A stretch of DNA of 53,455 nt, counting the filler, from Sphacelaria rigidula (lineage: Eukaryota), in assembly GCA_964200075.2 (NCBI GenBank). It is 5 parts of 5 records of this genome, joined end to end, with 100 filler letters (N's around TTAATTAATTAA, not from the genome) between each part and the next. Parts side by side here need not be neighbours in the genome. Positions count along the whole stretch, not along the records: positions 32,135 to 42,745 come from CAXNAA020006203.1; positions 42,846 to 53,455 come from CAXNAA020006204.1; 3 more parts are not named here. One strand, written 5' to 3'. This document shows positions 37,807-48,600 of this stretch, piece by piece. The notes under the pieces were generated by a model. The model ran no database searches, had not been told where the DNA came from, and worked only from the letters and a program-made list of their open reading frames with translations. A program made the translations under genes and the position numbers. Numbering within the stretch: the first letter of the stretch is position 1; each line of letters opens with the position of its first letter.

Positions 37807-38597
37807 GACGGTTTAAGAGACAACCAACTAGACTACTGACCAGTCAGCGCTGACCAGTCAGTAGTCTAGTTGGTTGACTACTGACCGGTCAGCGCTGACC
37901 AGTCAGTAGTCTAGTTGGTTGACTACTGACCAGTCAGCGCTGACTTCTCAGTAGTCTAGTTGGTTGTCTCTTGAACCGTCGCAAAAGTTAGTCGGTAATT
38001 CGATTCCCATCGGATGCACTTTCTTCGAAGAAAAAAATAGGAGAGAAAACCTCTGATAAAAACTTGGCCTCAAGGAGAGAAAACCTCTGTAAAAACTTGG
38101 CCCAAAAGGAAAAGGGTGGGATATAGTCTGGTGGCTATGTTTCGAGCATACTGCTAGGGGCCCCAGTGCACACACTCTTGTAATGAGTGGGGAAGACGAG
38201 TAACTCTAGGATACGGTGAAAGTGTCAACACTAGAGATGTGATGTTGTAAGAGACAAACAACTAAACCACTGACCAGTCAGCGCTGACTGGTCAGTGGTC
38301 TCGTTGTTTGTCTCTTACACCGTCACAAAAGTTTGTCGTGGGGGTTCAATCCCCGTCACTTTCACTTCGAGGAGGGCGACTCCCCTTGTCAGCGCTCTAT
38401 CGACTGCAATCAGGACCTCTATCTAGTGTTGTCGCTTTCACCGTATCCTACAGTAACTCGTCTCCCCCACTCATTACAAGAATGTGTGCACTGGGACCCC
38501 TAGCAGTATACTCCAAACATAACCACCAGGCTACACCCCACCCTTTTCCTTTTGGGCCAATTTGTTTTTATCAGAGGTTTTCTCTCCTATTTTTTTT
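37807..38597. mobile_element. Cluster of tRNA-like SINE units arranged head-to-head
   Basis: A-box-like TAGTCTAGTTGG (37952) with B-box-like AATTCGATTCCC (37997); second B-box GGTTCAATCCC (38343); T-rich tail at 38589-38597. Palindromes are centred on AGCGCT; body 38031-38235 is the inverse of 38419-38597. Confidence 0.6.
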
Positions 38598-39076
38598 CTT
38601 CACACTGCACTACCGCTATATTTTACTTCGAAGCACTCTCACATATGAAATATGTACGCCTCAAACCTGGCTGGCAACCCCCCCCCCCCCGAAAATAGTA
38701 CCCAGATTGCACTCGCGTGTAGATGAAGCCTTTTTTTGTTGACTGTTAGCAGCTCATATTATAGATTACTCCGTATATATGATGTCGCGGTGTGGATGTG
38801 ACTGACGAGAAACATGATTGATGCGATGCGAGTATCACTACACAACACGTCATCATGCTATTCATGGTGTACTATATTGTGATGCAACAGCCTTTAACCA
38901 TACGACATGCACGCGAATTTTTCCTTTCCCTCCCCGCTTCCTGAAAGCAGTACTTGAAGACACCCTCCCCCACTACAGTACGAGTACCAACCACCGGTAA
39001 ATATGTAAACAACAGTAGCCCATTTTCCAGACAGACCCCCAGCAGTAATTTCTACGAGGCAGGATAGAAGTCATAT

Positions 39077-40623
39077 CTACCAGAGGTCATATTTCATGCT
39101 TTCGTGTAGGAACACGATATCTACTACCCGATCCCCACTAAGGCGGTTTCGGGTCTTCGTGACCACAAGACCGCCTACGGAGAGTACGCGTTCGCACGCA
39201 GCAGATGAAGCTTGTACTGCGAGGTATTTGCGGGCTAGGATGGCGACGTGGGGATATACCCGCTGTGCCTCTCCCCACCACCCAAGAGCACCGCCCTCCT
39301 TGGCCACGACTTCCTCGGACACAATCTCATCTTTGTAAAGGAACCATTTTGTGAGTATTTGGTCCTTCTTCGGCACAGCCAATCTCGGCTTCTTTCTCGG
39401 TGGGACAGGGAAACTTCCGTCCTCGATATTCTTGTCTCGTTGGGCGTGCTTCCTGGCGGCCGCTTGCGACATGAGCCTCGCGATTGAAAACTCGTCCATG
39501 TTGCGTTTTCCTTTATTCGCGCTCGGACCATCTTGTGCCGCGGCCTCATCTTGTACCGGCCACTGATCTTGTTTGGCTTCTTCCGCCCTGATGATTTCTT
39601 AAGCTGCTTCCCTACCTCGTTGAAGAAACACCTCGTTCGGCAGACAGAAGATAGGGAAATCCGATCAGCGGCGAATGGTGGCAAGTATTGCTCCAGCGTT
39701 TGAAAGAGCGCTGGGACAAGTCGATATCATGTATCTGGTACCTTTTGATCCGAGCACATCTACATACCTACAATGATGCAGCTACGGAGGACGAGTCGGG
39801 TGTGTCTCGCGTCTTCATCAGCCAGGAAGTAGTTCTTAATTTCACCTTTCTCGTTGGGAGCTTTCCCCGCTTTATGAAGCGCCTTTTGCCTCATCATCTT
39901 TGCCCACGGGGGGTGCCTCTTGTGCGTGTTGTTCATATGCTGCCTTAAGTTGGTGGTAGCCTTTGCGCTGACAACCGCTCTACAGCCAGGAACCTTGGAT
40001 GAAGCCTTTTCTTTGTGGGCGTCGTCCGCGCCTTGCAAAACAAACTGCCAGGTTGAGGCAACTTTTTGCACAAGCGACTTCCACCTGGTATGAAGGAAGT
40101 CTTCACTACTAGCGATGTCCTGGGACTTGCCTGCTTGCGGTTCATTTTCACGTCTCCATTGAGAATTTTCCTCGCTCACTGGATGCTCGCCGTCATCATC
40201 ATCGCTGTCGCTGCCGTCCTTCTCTTTGTCGTCGGGGTCGTCGTCGGGGTCGTCGTCGTCGTCGTCGTCGTCGTCGGAGCATTCCAGCGACACGGCAGCG
40301 TCGGCTGTGTAATGCGTGAGAGGACCGCGTGCTTAGAGGACCGCACCGTAGTTCAAAACACATCAGGATTGATGTTTTTCAAAACCAATCGGGCCAGTCC
40401 CTGCAGGTGCCACGCCCCCGACCATAACCCTAACACTAACCCTGACCCTGACCCTAACCATGGGGATGTTCAAATTCCGATGCGGTCCTCTAAGCACGCG
40501 GTCCTCCAAGGCATTACAGGCTGTATGACCTTAACCTCCGGTGTTGCCCTGGCTCTAGAGAGGGCTCTCCGGGGTGTCCTTGTTGCCTGCAGCACGTGCT
40601 CTGCCCTTGCCTGCGCCCCTCAT
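39077..40623 (-). pseudogene. hAT transposase remnant (acidic N-terminus, BED-type zinc finger, C-terminal dimerisation domain)
   Basis: TWQF...C...ATTNLRQHMNNTH and LGWW...YPHVAILARKYLAVQASSAACERVLSVGGLVVTKTRNRL. Most of the catalytic core is missing; stops and a MITE insertion are present. Confidence 0.9.
40308..40518 (+). mobile_element. Telomere-motif MITE inside the hAT transposase CDS
   Basis: 5-bp TSD GGCTG; removing the element and one TSD copy restores the transposase frame from the ATG at 40623. Confidence 0.92.
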
Positions 40624-41140
40624 TGTGTCAAGTTCCGTGTGGCCCTTGGTATGCTGCTAGAGTGCGGTGCTACGTGACGTGTGATATTCTGCGTGCTGTG
40701 TGCTGCTATGTGTTCGTCGTTGGTAGCGTCTTTTCGGGTGTAGAGTCGATGAGTAGTGAGTAGACATATCCGTCGATCGATGGTTGTGGCGCAGGCAAAA
40801 ATAATCCGTTACGCGACGCAAACGCCTCTTTTCTTCCTGTAATAAATAAAGTAATCATGATTACATCAACTTATTTTTACTCGATTGGTTTAAGTTGATC
40901 AGTTGATTTTAATCAACTAATCAACGACGCGTTGATATGATTGTTGATTGAAATCAAACACACTTTTAAATCAGATTCAACCTTGATTTAATAGTTGATA
41001 TACAACCCTATGTCAGTGGCTTTCGAGATGTAAATGTGTGCCCATTGAATCAGAGCAACAGCCATCGCGACCAGATACCCCCGGTAAAACGCGCGCACAT
41101 CCGTAGATAGCCTGGGCCAAACTAGAATACAAGGTGCTCT

Positions 41141-41352
41141 TGTAATGTGTGAAAGGACCGCGTGCTTAGAGGACCGCATCAGAATTTGAATATCCCCATG
41201 GTTGGGGTTAGGGTTAGGCTTGGTGTTGGGGTTGGGGTCAGGGGCGTGGTCGCTGCAGGGACTGGCCCGATTGGTTTTGGAAAAACGTCGATCGTAAGGT
41301 TTTCCGAGCCACGGCGCGGTCCTCTAAGCGAGCGGTTCTCTGACGCATTACA
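41141..41352 (-). mobile_element. Telomere-motif MITE
   Basis: TIRs; 5-bp TSD GCTCT. Confidence 0.9.
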
Positions 41353-41449
41353 GCTCTGTTGGAACGCATTTGGTCGCGCACTGGGCTAGCATATGCCAGT
41401 TGTATTCGCACAAACACTCGTGCAATCTTCACGTCCCGCAGTGTTCCGC

Positions 41450-41660
41450 TATAATGCGTGAGAGGGCCGCGTGCTTAGAGGACCGCGTTGTACTTCGAAA
41501 CACCTCAGGATCGATGTTTTTCAAAACCAATCGGGCCAGTCCCTGCAGGTACCACGCCCCTGACGAAAACCCAAACACTAACACTAACACTAACCCTAAC
41601 CATGGGGATGTTCAAATTCCGATGAGGTCCTCTAAGCACGCGGTCCTCTCACGCATTACA
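41450..41660 (+). mobile_element. Telomere-motif MITE
   Basis: TIRs (TGT mutated to TAT); 4-bp TSD CCGC. Confidence 0.9.
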
Positions 41661-41799
41661 CCGCTCCAGTTGTGATCTCTAACAGCGGTCGTCGCGACCT
41701 TCTTTCTTGACGGATCGAAGCGCAAATAAACACATCGCACGTGGTTGAGAAAGAGCTATCGCATCCTGCTATCGATCACTACTCAGTGAAATTGGAGAG

Positions 41800-42085
41800 C
41801 AGCACACAATGCCCAACAGTGGAGAGTGACCATGTCGTGGGTACACAAAATTCGACTTGACGTTCGGCGAGGGAAAGGGACTGCTGAACCCCTCTCGCGA
41901 TAAAAAATAAAAAGGCAAGCACCGCAGAAGGAAGGTGGGGGAGTAAAAAAAACAAATAAATAATAGTAAAAATGCTCCTTTGTTAACCTTCCTCCTGTGT
42001 GACCCCGGCTGGTGCGCCCACATATACCGAAAGGTGTAGACCGGTGCCCAGAATAGGTGGGACGACAACACGCACAACACACACA
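41800..42085 (-). repeat. Dispersed short retroposon-like repeat
   Basis: rc of 42000-42080 matches 53378-53455 (gttgtcgtccca..tattctgggc.cc.gtctac.cctttcgg...cagccggggtcac). Confidence 0.7.
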
Positions 42086-42506
42086 GTGCAATTCTGATGG
42101 TCAGCGTTTGTACCCTTGGGTCGACTATGCTTTGCACACCCTGGACCACAAACAAGCGAGTACCTGTAAGTTGAAACCACTGTGTTTTACTAGTATTTCG
42201 GCGTAGTCGCAAGCTCGACATAGTTGTGCAGGTTTCTGACCCAGTAGATGTTTGTACAGCTTTTTGACAGCGTAGATGTTTTTATATAACTGGAAGTACA
42301 TATATAGTAGTGTTCTGAAGGAGGAGCTCCTTGTGTGATAACAGAGAGCACTACTAGTTGTACAGGGTGCTGGCCAAGCTATTAAGCTATTTTCATGTAA
42401 CTAGTAGTTGTACTATACAGTTTTTTTAACTGTTAACACAAGGGCGGGTGAAAAAAATATCCGATTGGGGGGGGGGGGGGGGGGTAGCACTGTTGGGACC
42501 GTGTCC

Positions 42507-42745
42507 GGGCTGGCAGGTTCCGGTTCTATACTAAATCCTACATACTCAATGCAACCAAGCGGGCCGGCAGGTTCCGGTTCTGTACTAAATCCTATATATT
42601 CAATGCAACAAAGCGAGCTGGCAGGTTCCGGTTCTGTACTAAATCCTGTATACTCAATGCAACCAAGCGGGCGGGCAGGTTCCGGTTCTATACTACACCC
42701 TATATATACTCAATGCAACCAAGCGGGCTGGCAGGTTCCGGTTCT
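42507..42745. repeat. 54-bp tandem repeat, at least 4.4 units, cut by the spacer
   Basis: ggcaggttccggttct at 42512, 42566, 42620, 42674, 42730. Confidence 0.92.
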
Positions 42746-42845
42746 NNNNNNNNNNNNNNNNNNNNNNNNNNNNNNNNNNNNNNNNNNNNTTAATTAATTA
42801 ANNNNNNNNNNNNNNNNNNNNNNNNNNNNNNNNNNNNNNNNNNNN
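42746..42845. other. Artificial concatenation spacer
   Basis: Same N44-TTAATTAATTAA-N44 spacer. Confidence 0.97.
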
Positions 42846-44203
42846 CAGGCTCGCAATCAATCACGAAGCGCGAAGCGCCGTGGTGTGCTCGGCGAGTCGC
42901 ATGAAGGGTGAGCTGCATCCTGCTAGGATCGTTCCGCCTGAAGCCTACTGATTGTCTTGCATTTGGATGTCAGCCTCCAATACGTTGCTTCATTTTCTGG
43001 TATCGCCATTCCCCGGGAGAGCCACGGCTTATAAACTGCCTCATGGGTGGCTCACCATTTATACACCACGTAGTACGATCATCTCCCTTGCGCGGAGTTG
43101 AGGTTCTCCAACTCAGCACAACATGATCTAGCTCGACCATTATCATGCTTACCACATGAAAAATGCGAGCGTGCAAGAAACATCGGTAACCTGCTTGCCT
43201 AGCTGAGGCAGTGATTTGCGTGTTCTCCAGCGTCATCGCCAACCGACGACAACCCCATAGGAGGGTCCGCCCCTACAAAGCCGGGACGGAGCACGCCGGG
43301 TTACCGCCGGATCAGGGGGAGGGGCGGCACTGATGATCTTACATGCCGTCGTCGTATGGCGATTGACTTCGCATCTCGACCAAGGCAGGACGGAGCATGC
43401 TGGGTTGTCGCCGGACCACCCTCGCACTCAATCACCAAGCGCTAAGCGACGTGGTGAGTTCGACGAGTCGCATGAGGAGTAAGCTGCATCCTGCTAAGAT
43501 AGTTCGGCCCGAAGCGTACTGATGGTCTTGCATACGGATGGCGGCCTCGAATGAGTTGCTTTATTTTCTGGTGTCCCCACTTCCAGAGACAACCCACGTT
43601 TGAGAGTCTGCCTCTTGGGTGTCTCACCATTTAAACACTACACAGTACGGCCATTCCCTTCACGCGGAATCGGACCTCTCCACCCCGCACAACATGATCG
43701 AAATTCGACCACCACCATGCTCACCGCAATAAAAAAACTTGAGCGAAGAAAAGACGGTAGCCTGGTTGCCTAGCTTACGCAGTGAGTAGTGTGTGTTTAC
43801 AGCGTCGTTTCAACCGACGCCAACCGTCAAGGGCAGAGATCTCATTTGGTCATTTATTATTAGAGGGTTCCCTTGCGTGGCATTCGGTCTGAAAAATAAC
43901 TTGTTTGTTGCGTGCTGTTCATCACCTGGAATGCAAGCAAATGCGCGACATGCGTGTTGTGCTCCGTGTCATTCGTCAGACCCGAAAAACAAACGAGTCA
44001 TATCAACACATGAAGTCAAACCTCGACAAAACACAAATAATACATGCACGTATATACAAATAAATACATGCACGTATATAACATGTATCGCCGCGCTCTG
44101 ATGGCCTGTCTACCTGGTACCCAACACCCGCTTAAACACAGGATTTTACAAACTGGGGATACATTTTTTATTGGGGATGAGAACCCGGAAAATCAAAATA
44201 TTG

Positions 44204-44495
44204 GTATCCACACCAAATTTTCGAAACATGGTTCCATTTCTTCACTCGCTGGTAGCTATTGAGAACTACTACACGCCGTACAAATTTTTATTCCGATAAC
44301 CGAAATGTTGATGTCCTAGGTAAGAGACCACTTTTGGGGACTTCAGGTGATCTGATCAGACCCCAAGTTAGTTTTTCACCGAGGACCTCAACATTTTGGT
44401 TATCGGTATCCAAATTTGTATGGGATGTAGTAGTTGTCAACAGCTACCAGCGAGTGAAGAAATGGAACCATGTTTCGAAGATTTGGCGTGGATAC
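44204..44495. repeat. Long palindromic (foldback MITE-like) element
   Basis: ~120-bp inverted arms, including ttcgaaacatggttccatttcttcactcgctggtagct and its exact complement, around a ~50-nt spacer. Confidence 0.85.
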
Positions 44496-44499
44496 GAAG

Positions 44500-44962
44500 A
44501 TGAGATGGGCTGATCCCTGATGACCACGGGTTCGCGAGGGAGAGGGGGGCGTACTCATTCGTTGCTTGCCTTAGTCGTTTGACCATTGACCATGCATCCC
44601 TTTCGAGACGGAGCACTGTTCCTACTCCTACGAGAGATACCCCCAATGTTTCGGCGCTCATTACGTTTCTTCCATACATCGCACGAAAACCTTTTACATA
44701 TCTTTTACCCGTCCTGTTTCGCCGTCTCTGGCCATCATCTATCTCCTAGTATAATCATCATTTTCTCTCTGGTGCATCAAACAATTTCATGCCACCTTCC
44801 TTCACGTCCCGCATTTCCCCCTCCAGCACGTCCCGTTTCTCCTTGTATAGTTCACATTCTACCACTATATGAATTATTTTCTTTATTCCCTTGCTACAGA
44901 GGCAGTTCTGTCCATCTACTTCCTCCTCCTCCCGACTACTGGTATATCTCTTCTTTCGCGAG
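44500..44962 (-). mobile_element. LINE ORF2 3' end (degenerate CCHC finger) plus 3' UTR
   Basis: RKKRYTSSREEEE...CLC...HIVVECELYKEKRDVL, continuing after a frameshift toward CDVWKKRNER...SRKGCMVNGQ; 5'-truncated. Confidence 0.75.
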
Positions 44963-45444
44963 GGAGGGGGTCTACTCATGATCTTGCATGTTGTTGTCAC
45001 ACGACCATTCACCTCGCACCCCTACAAAGCCGGGGCAGAGCACCCCGGGTTTTCGCCGGATCACGGGAAAGGGGGATGTACTCATGATCATGCATGCCAT
45101 AGTCATCAGACCATTGATCTCGCATCTCTACAAAGCCGGGACNNNNNNNNNNCTCAAACCACCAAGCGCGAAGCGCCGTGGTATGTTCGGCGAGTCGCAT
45201 GAATGGTGAGCTGCACCCTGCCAAGATTGTTCGGCTCGAAGCCTACTGATGATCTTGCATTTCGACGACAGTCTCCAATGAGTTCCTTTATTATCTGGTA
45301 TCGCCGCTTCCAGAAACAGCGACGGCTTATACACTGCCTCATGGGTGTCTAGGGGAGAGGGGGGGGGAGGGGGTTGAAAGTCTGACGACCAAGAAGGAAA
45401 CTCTGCAAAAGGTGCCAGATACGAATGGCGGGTGCTCTGCTCAC

Positions 45445-45604
45445 CTGGAAGACGGGCTCCTCCGGGTTGGAAATATCCCAGCACATGAAACCACCGATGC
45501 GCTCCAGCGCGACGAAGACGAACGTTCTGCCCTCGATCTTCGCCAGGGCGAGACCCTCCGGTTCGATGCCCTTGTCGTCGGAGCGCGTGTCGAGGGAGTC
45601 TGCC

Positions 45605-45656
<52 letters not shown>

Positions 45657-48600
45657 GTTTCCCACGACAGATGGTAAAAAACAGGGGGGGAATGAAAATA
45701 AGGAAGAAACAAACGGAAGAAACATGAATAAAGGGATAAAAGGCTTTGCAAGCTATATGGACAAACAAAAGAGAGGAGACAAGAAAGCAAGAGAGGAGAA
45801 GGCGGAGCAGTAGTAGTGGCTTCGAATCCCGACATTAGTATGTGTCGTTTACTTGCTTCCGTCGTGGAAGGGAAGGGGGTGAGACCATCCTGAGTTAACA
45901 GGTGAACAGACGACCACCATCGACGGGATGCGAAAATATCGACAGTCATGATCCAATATTCGAGTGTTCGAGAATACGTTGGTAGGCAGCAGGTACCAGG
46001 ACAGAGATGAATCGATTGCTGGCGATTACGCACTCGCACCGACAAGTCGGGGAGGGAGAGGGGGTACTCTTGATCTTGCATGCCATAGTCATATGACCGT
46101 TGACCTCACATCTCTACAAAGCCGGGACGGCGCATGCCGGGTTTTCGTCGGACCAGGCTGGCAAATAATTACCAAGCGCGAAGCGCCGTGTTTTGTCCGG
46201 CGCGTTGCATGAAAGGTGAGCTACATCCTGCTAAGATTGTTCGGCCCGAGGTGTACTAATTATCTTGCGTTTGGATGGCAGCCTCCAATGAGTTGCTTCA
46301 TTTTCTGGTATCGCCACTTTAGAGACAGCCATGGCTTATACACTGCTTCATGGGTGTTTCGCCGTCTGAGCACTACGTAGTATGATCATTCCCTTTGCAC
46401 GGGATTGAGGTTCTCCCACGCCGCACAACATGACCTAGCTCGACCACCATCATGGTTACCGCAGAAAAAACGCAAGCGCGCAAAACAAAATCGGTAACCT
46501 GGTTGCCTAGCTCACGCACTGCGTGGCGTGTTTTCGGCGACGTTGCCAACCGATGCCAACCTTTAGATGGGGGGGGGGGGGGGGTAAACATATCCCGCTT
46601 AATATTTAGTTCGTATTGATAAATAGAAATATACCGTAAAACGTTGAGTAACGCCTGGCTCTTGCAGTATTGCAACATAACGTCAGAGTATCGTCACCTA
46701 ATCGAATATACTCACACTCAAGGATGGATACATGTAAGCATGCCTGGATGCAAGGGATAGTGTGATTGGATCATGACATATGGGGGAAAGGTAAATAAGA
46801 AATACAGTAATGTTATTTCAGATATGCCCGATATGATGGTTGCAGTAGATATCTGCTGGGGGGCGCACGCCTCATCGCGTGGCCAAGGGATGAGGCTATA
46901 ACGTGTCATTTTTGCATGAGCGATTTTTGCATGATTGAACCCCCCCTTTTGGCAGTGCACGAGTAGGTTTTTACATCTTATTTGGAGAGTACAATATACA
47001 TGTTTCTACCGAGGAATTAATACAACAGCAGAGGTCCCACAACCTTTCTCAAACATAGACCCTTGCGCCGAGCAAGTAATTAAGCGTTCATCACCATATT
47101 ATCGACCATGCATTTTGCGAATCCATAAATATCATGATGGCTATACGTGCTCCAAGCTTTTACGAACAGTACGTGGGTTTGCCCCCTTTCAACTCTCTGG
47201 AGCTATTATATACTGAACATGCACTTGTACTCAGCCACACGCTTGACGATTGATCATTTTCCTTCCAAAGCTCTGGACATACCTCCTTCAGAGTTGAAGA
47301 TTTCGGCCCAGTTTTCGGCCGTGTACTTCTCCATGAAGTCTCCGGAGTCCCACACGAACTTGCCGCGGTTGGTGAAAATGGAGATAGATCTGATAACACG
47401 ATCAATATCAAGCAGCGGGGGGAATGAAGAGGGTGCATGACCCCGTTTAGCTAACTTTACACACCAAAATGTGAAGTTCATTTATAGACGTTTGTGGATC
47501 ATATAGCCGTCGTGCTCCGCTAGACTAAGTTCCGGTGCATCGCAAGATTGGTTGAGGGCGCGGGGTTGACGGGTCGATCTCCGGTACAGTCAGTAGTAAA
47601 GATAATGGAGAGTTTCGGAATGATGGATGCCCGAATATGCTTGTTAGGGTGTGTTGATTGCGGACTGGACGTGACCATGGTGGTGAAGGTGGGCGTGGTT
47701 CTTTTTCGTTCCGCTACGAACTCTGAAAAGGAACAACGGTTTTCAAAGTCAAGAGGTGCAAACGGCACTCTGACTCTGAAAAAATCGCTCTAAGAAAAAA
47801 AATGAAAGTGAAATGTGCGCCGTCACTGGCTATTTTTTTTCCACTCTGACACTACGATGGGAAAAACGTTCTCCGAAATTCTCTAATGATGATACAGTTG
47901 TTCTGTTGAGGGGAAAATTTGTCATCCATCCGTGGTTGAACAAGACGCAGACGTGAGTAGTAAAATATAACGTTTTCTCGCGAGGGAGTCGATGCGGTGC
48001 GGGGGTGCTGGTAGTCTAATACGTGATATCAATATGCCAGGCAGTTGTTGTTGTCCGGCGGTAGAGACGGGCGCAGACAGATCCCCTGAGACTTCGGAAT
48101 CGCTCCAGGGGAAAAAAGAAGCGTTCAAGCATGACGACAGCAAAAACCAAAAAAAGGTTGACACACTTCCATGAAGGGAAAAAATCACGCCGCCAGGGCA
48201 TGTATGAGCAATGCTACGGTAGAGGTGCACTTTTTCGAGAAATTTTGCCTGGTTCAGGGGCTCCTAACAATTTTAGATGCACAAGAATAAGGGTCAGGGT
48301 ATCCCCGTTTGCAGATTCATTCGGGATATCCCCAGCACATTGAAATAGTAATCCTGGCTTACTATCGCATATTTTCATAAGTCGTGTTTTGGATGAGATA
48401 AGGAGCTCCTAACAATTCCAACCTCAGAAATTATTTCTGTACCCCTACCGTAGCATCACTCGTATATCAAGATAGATCGCTGGTTAGACTCCAGTTTGAC
48501 GGGCTCTGTGGAAGTCGGGATAGGTTGAAGTGCGTGGCTGAATGAATATCCGCACTACTACTACTGTAAAAAGGGCGTTTGCCACGCATATGTGCTGCTC

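Larger units (their letters stand above)
37487..41010 (-). mobile_element. hAT DNA transposon, internal-deletion derivative
   Basis: TIRs tagggtgtgtataccaact / agttgatatacaacccta; perfect 8-bp TSD TGTCAGTG (37479-37486, 41011-41018); subterminal AATCAACT/AGTTGATT arrays; transposase remnants. Confidence 0.95.
42846..46560. repeat. ~500-580 bp repeat family, four same-orientation copies (42846-43250, 43255-43825, 44960-45350, 46050-46560)
   Basis: Shared blocks ctacaaagccgggac, caagcgcgaagcgccgtg, gagctgcatcctgctaagat, ttcattttctggtatcgcc. Confidence 0.8.

Noticed and set aside
37831..37965. CRISPR-like palindromic direct repeats
   Set aside because: The 45-bp units are contiguous with no unique spacers, there are no cas genes, and the context is eukaryotic.
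37945..38020. Functional tRNA gene
   Set aside because: Only A/B-box-like motifs; no convincing acceptor or anticodon stems; embedded in a repeat.
38045..38120. Hammerhead ribozyme in the SINE-like body
   Set aside because: The core reads CTGATAA rather than CTGANGA, and supporting stems are not evident.
45128..46081. 317-aa minus-strand ORF
   Set aside because: Wrong frame for the conserved exon; runs through the (CA)n tract, repeats and an N gap (45143-45152).
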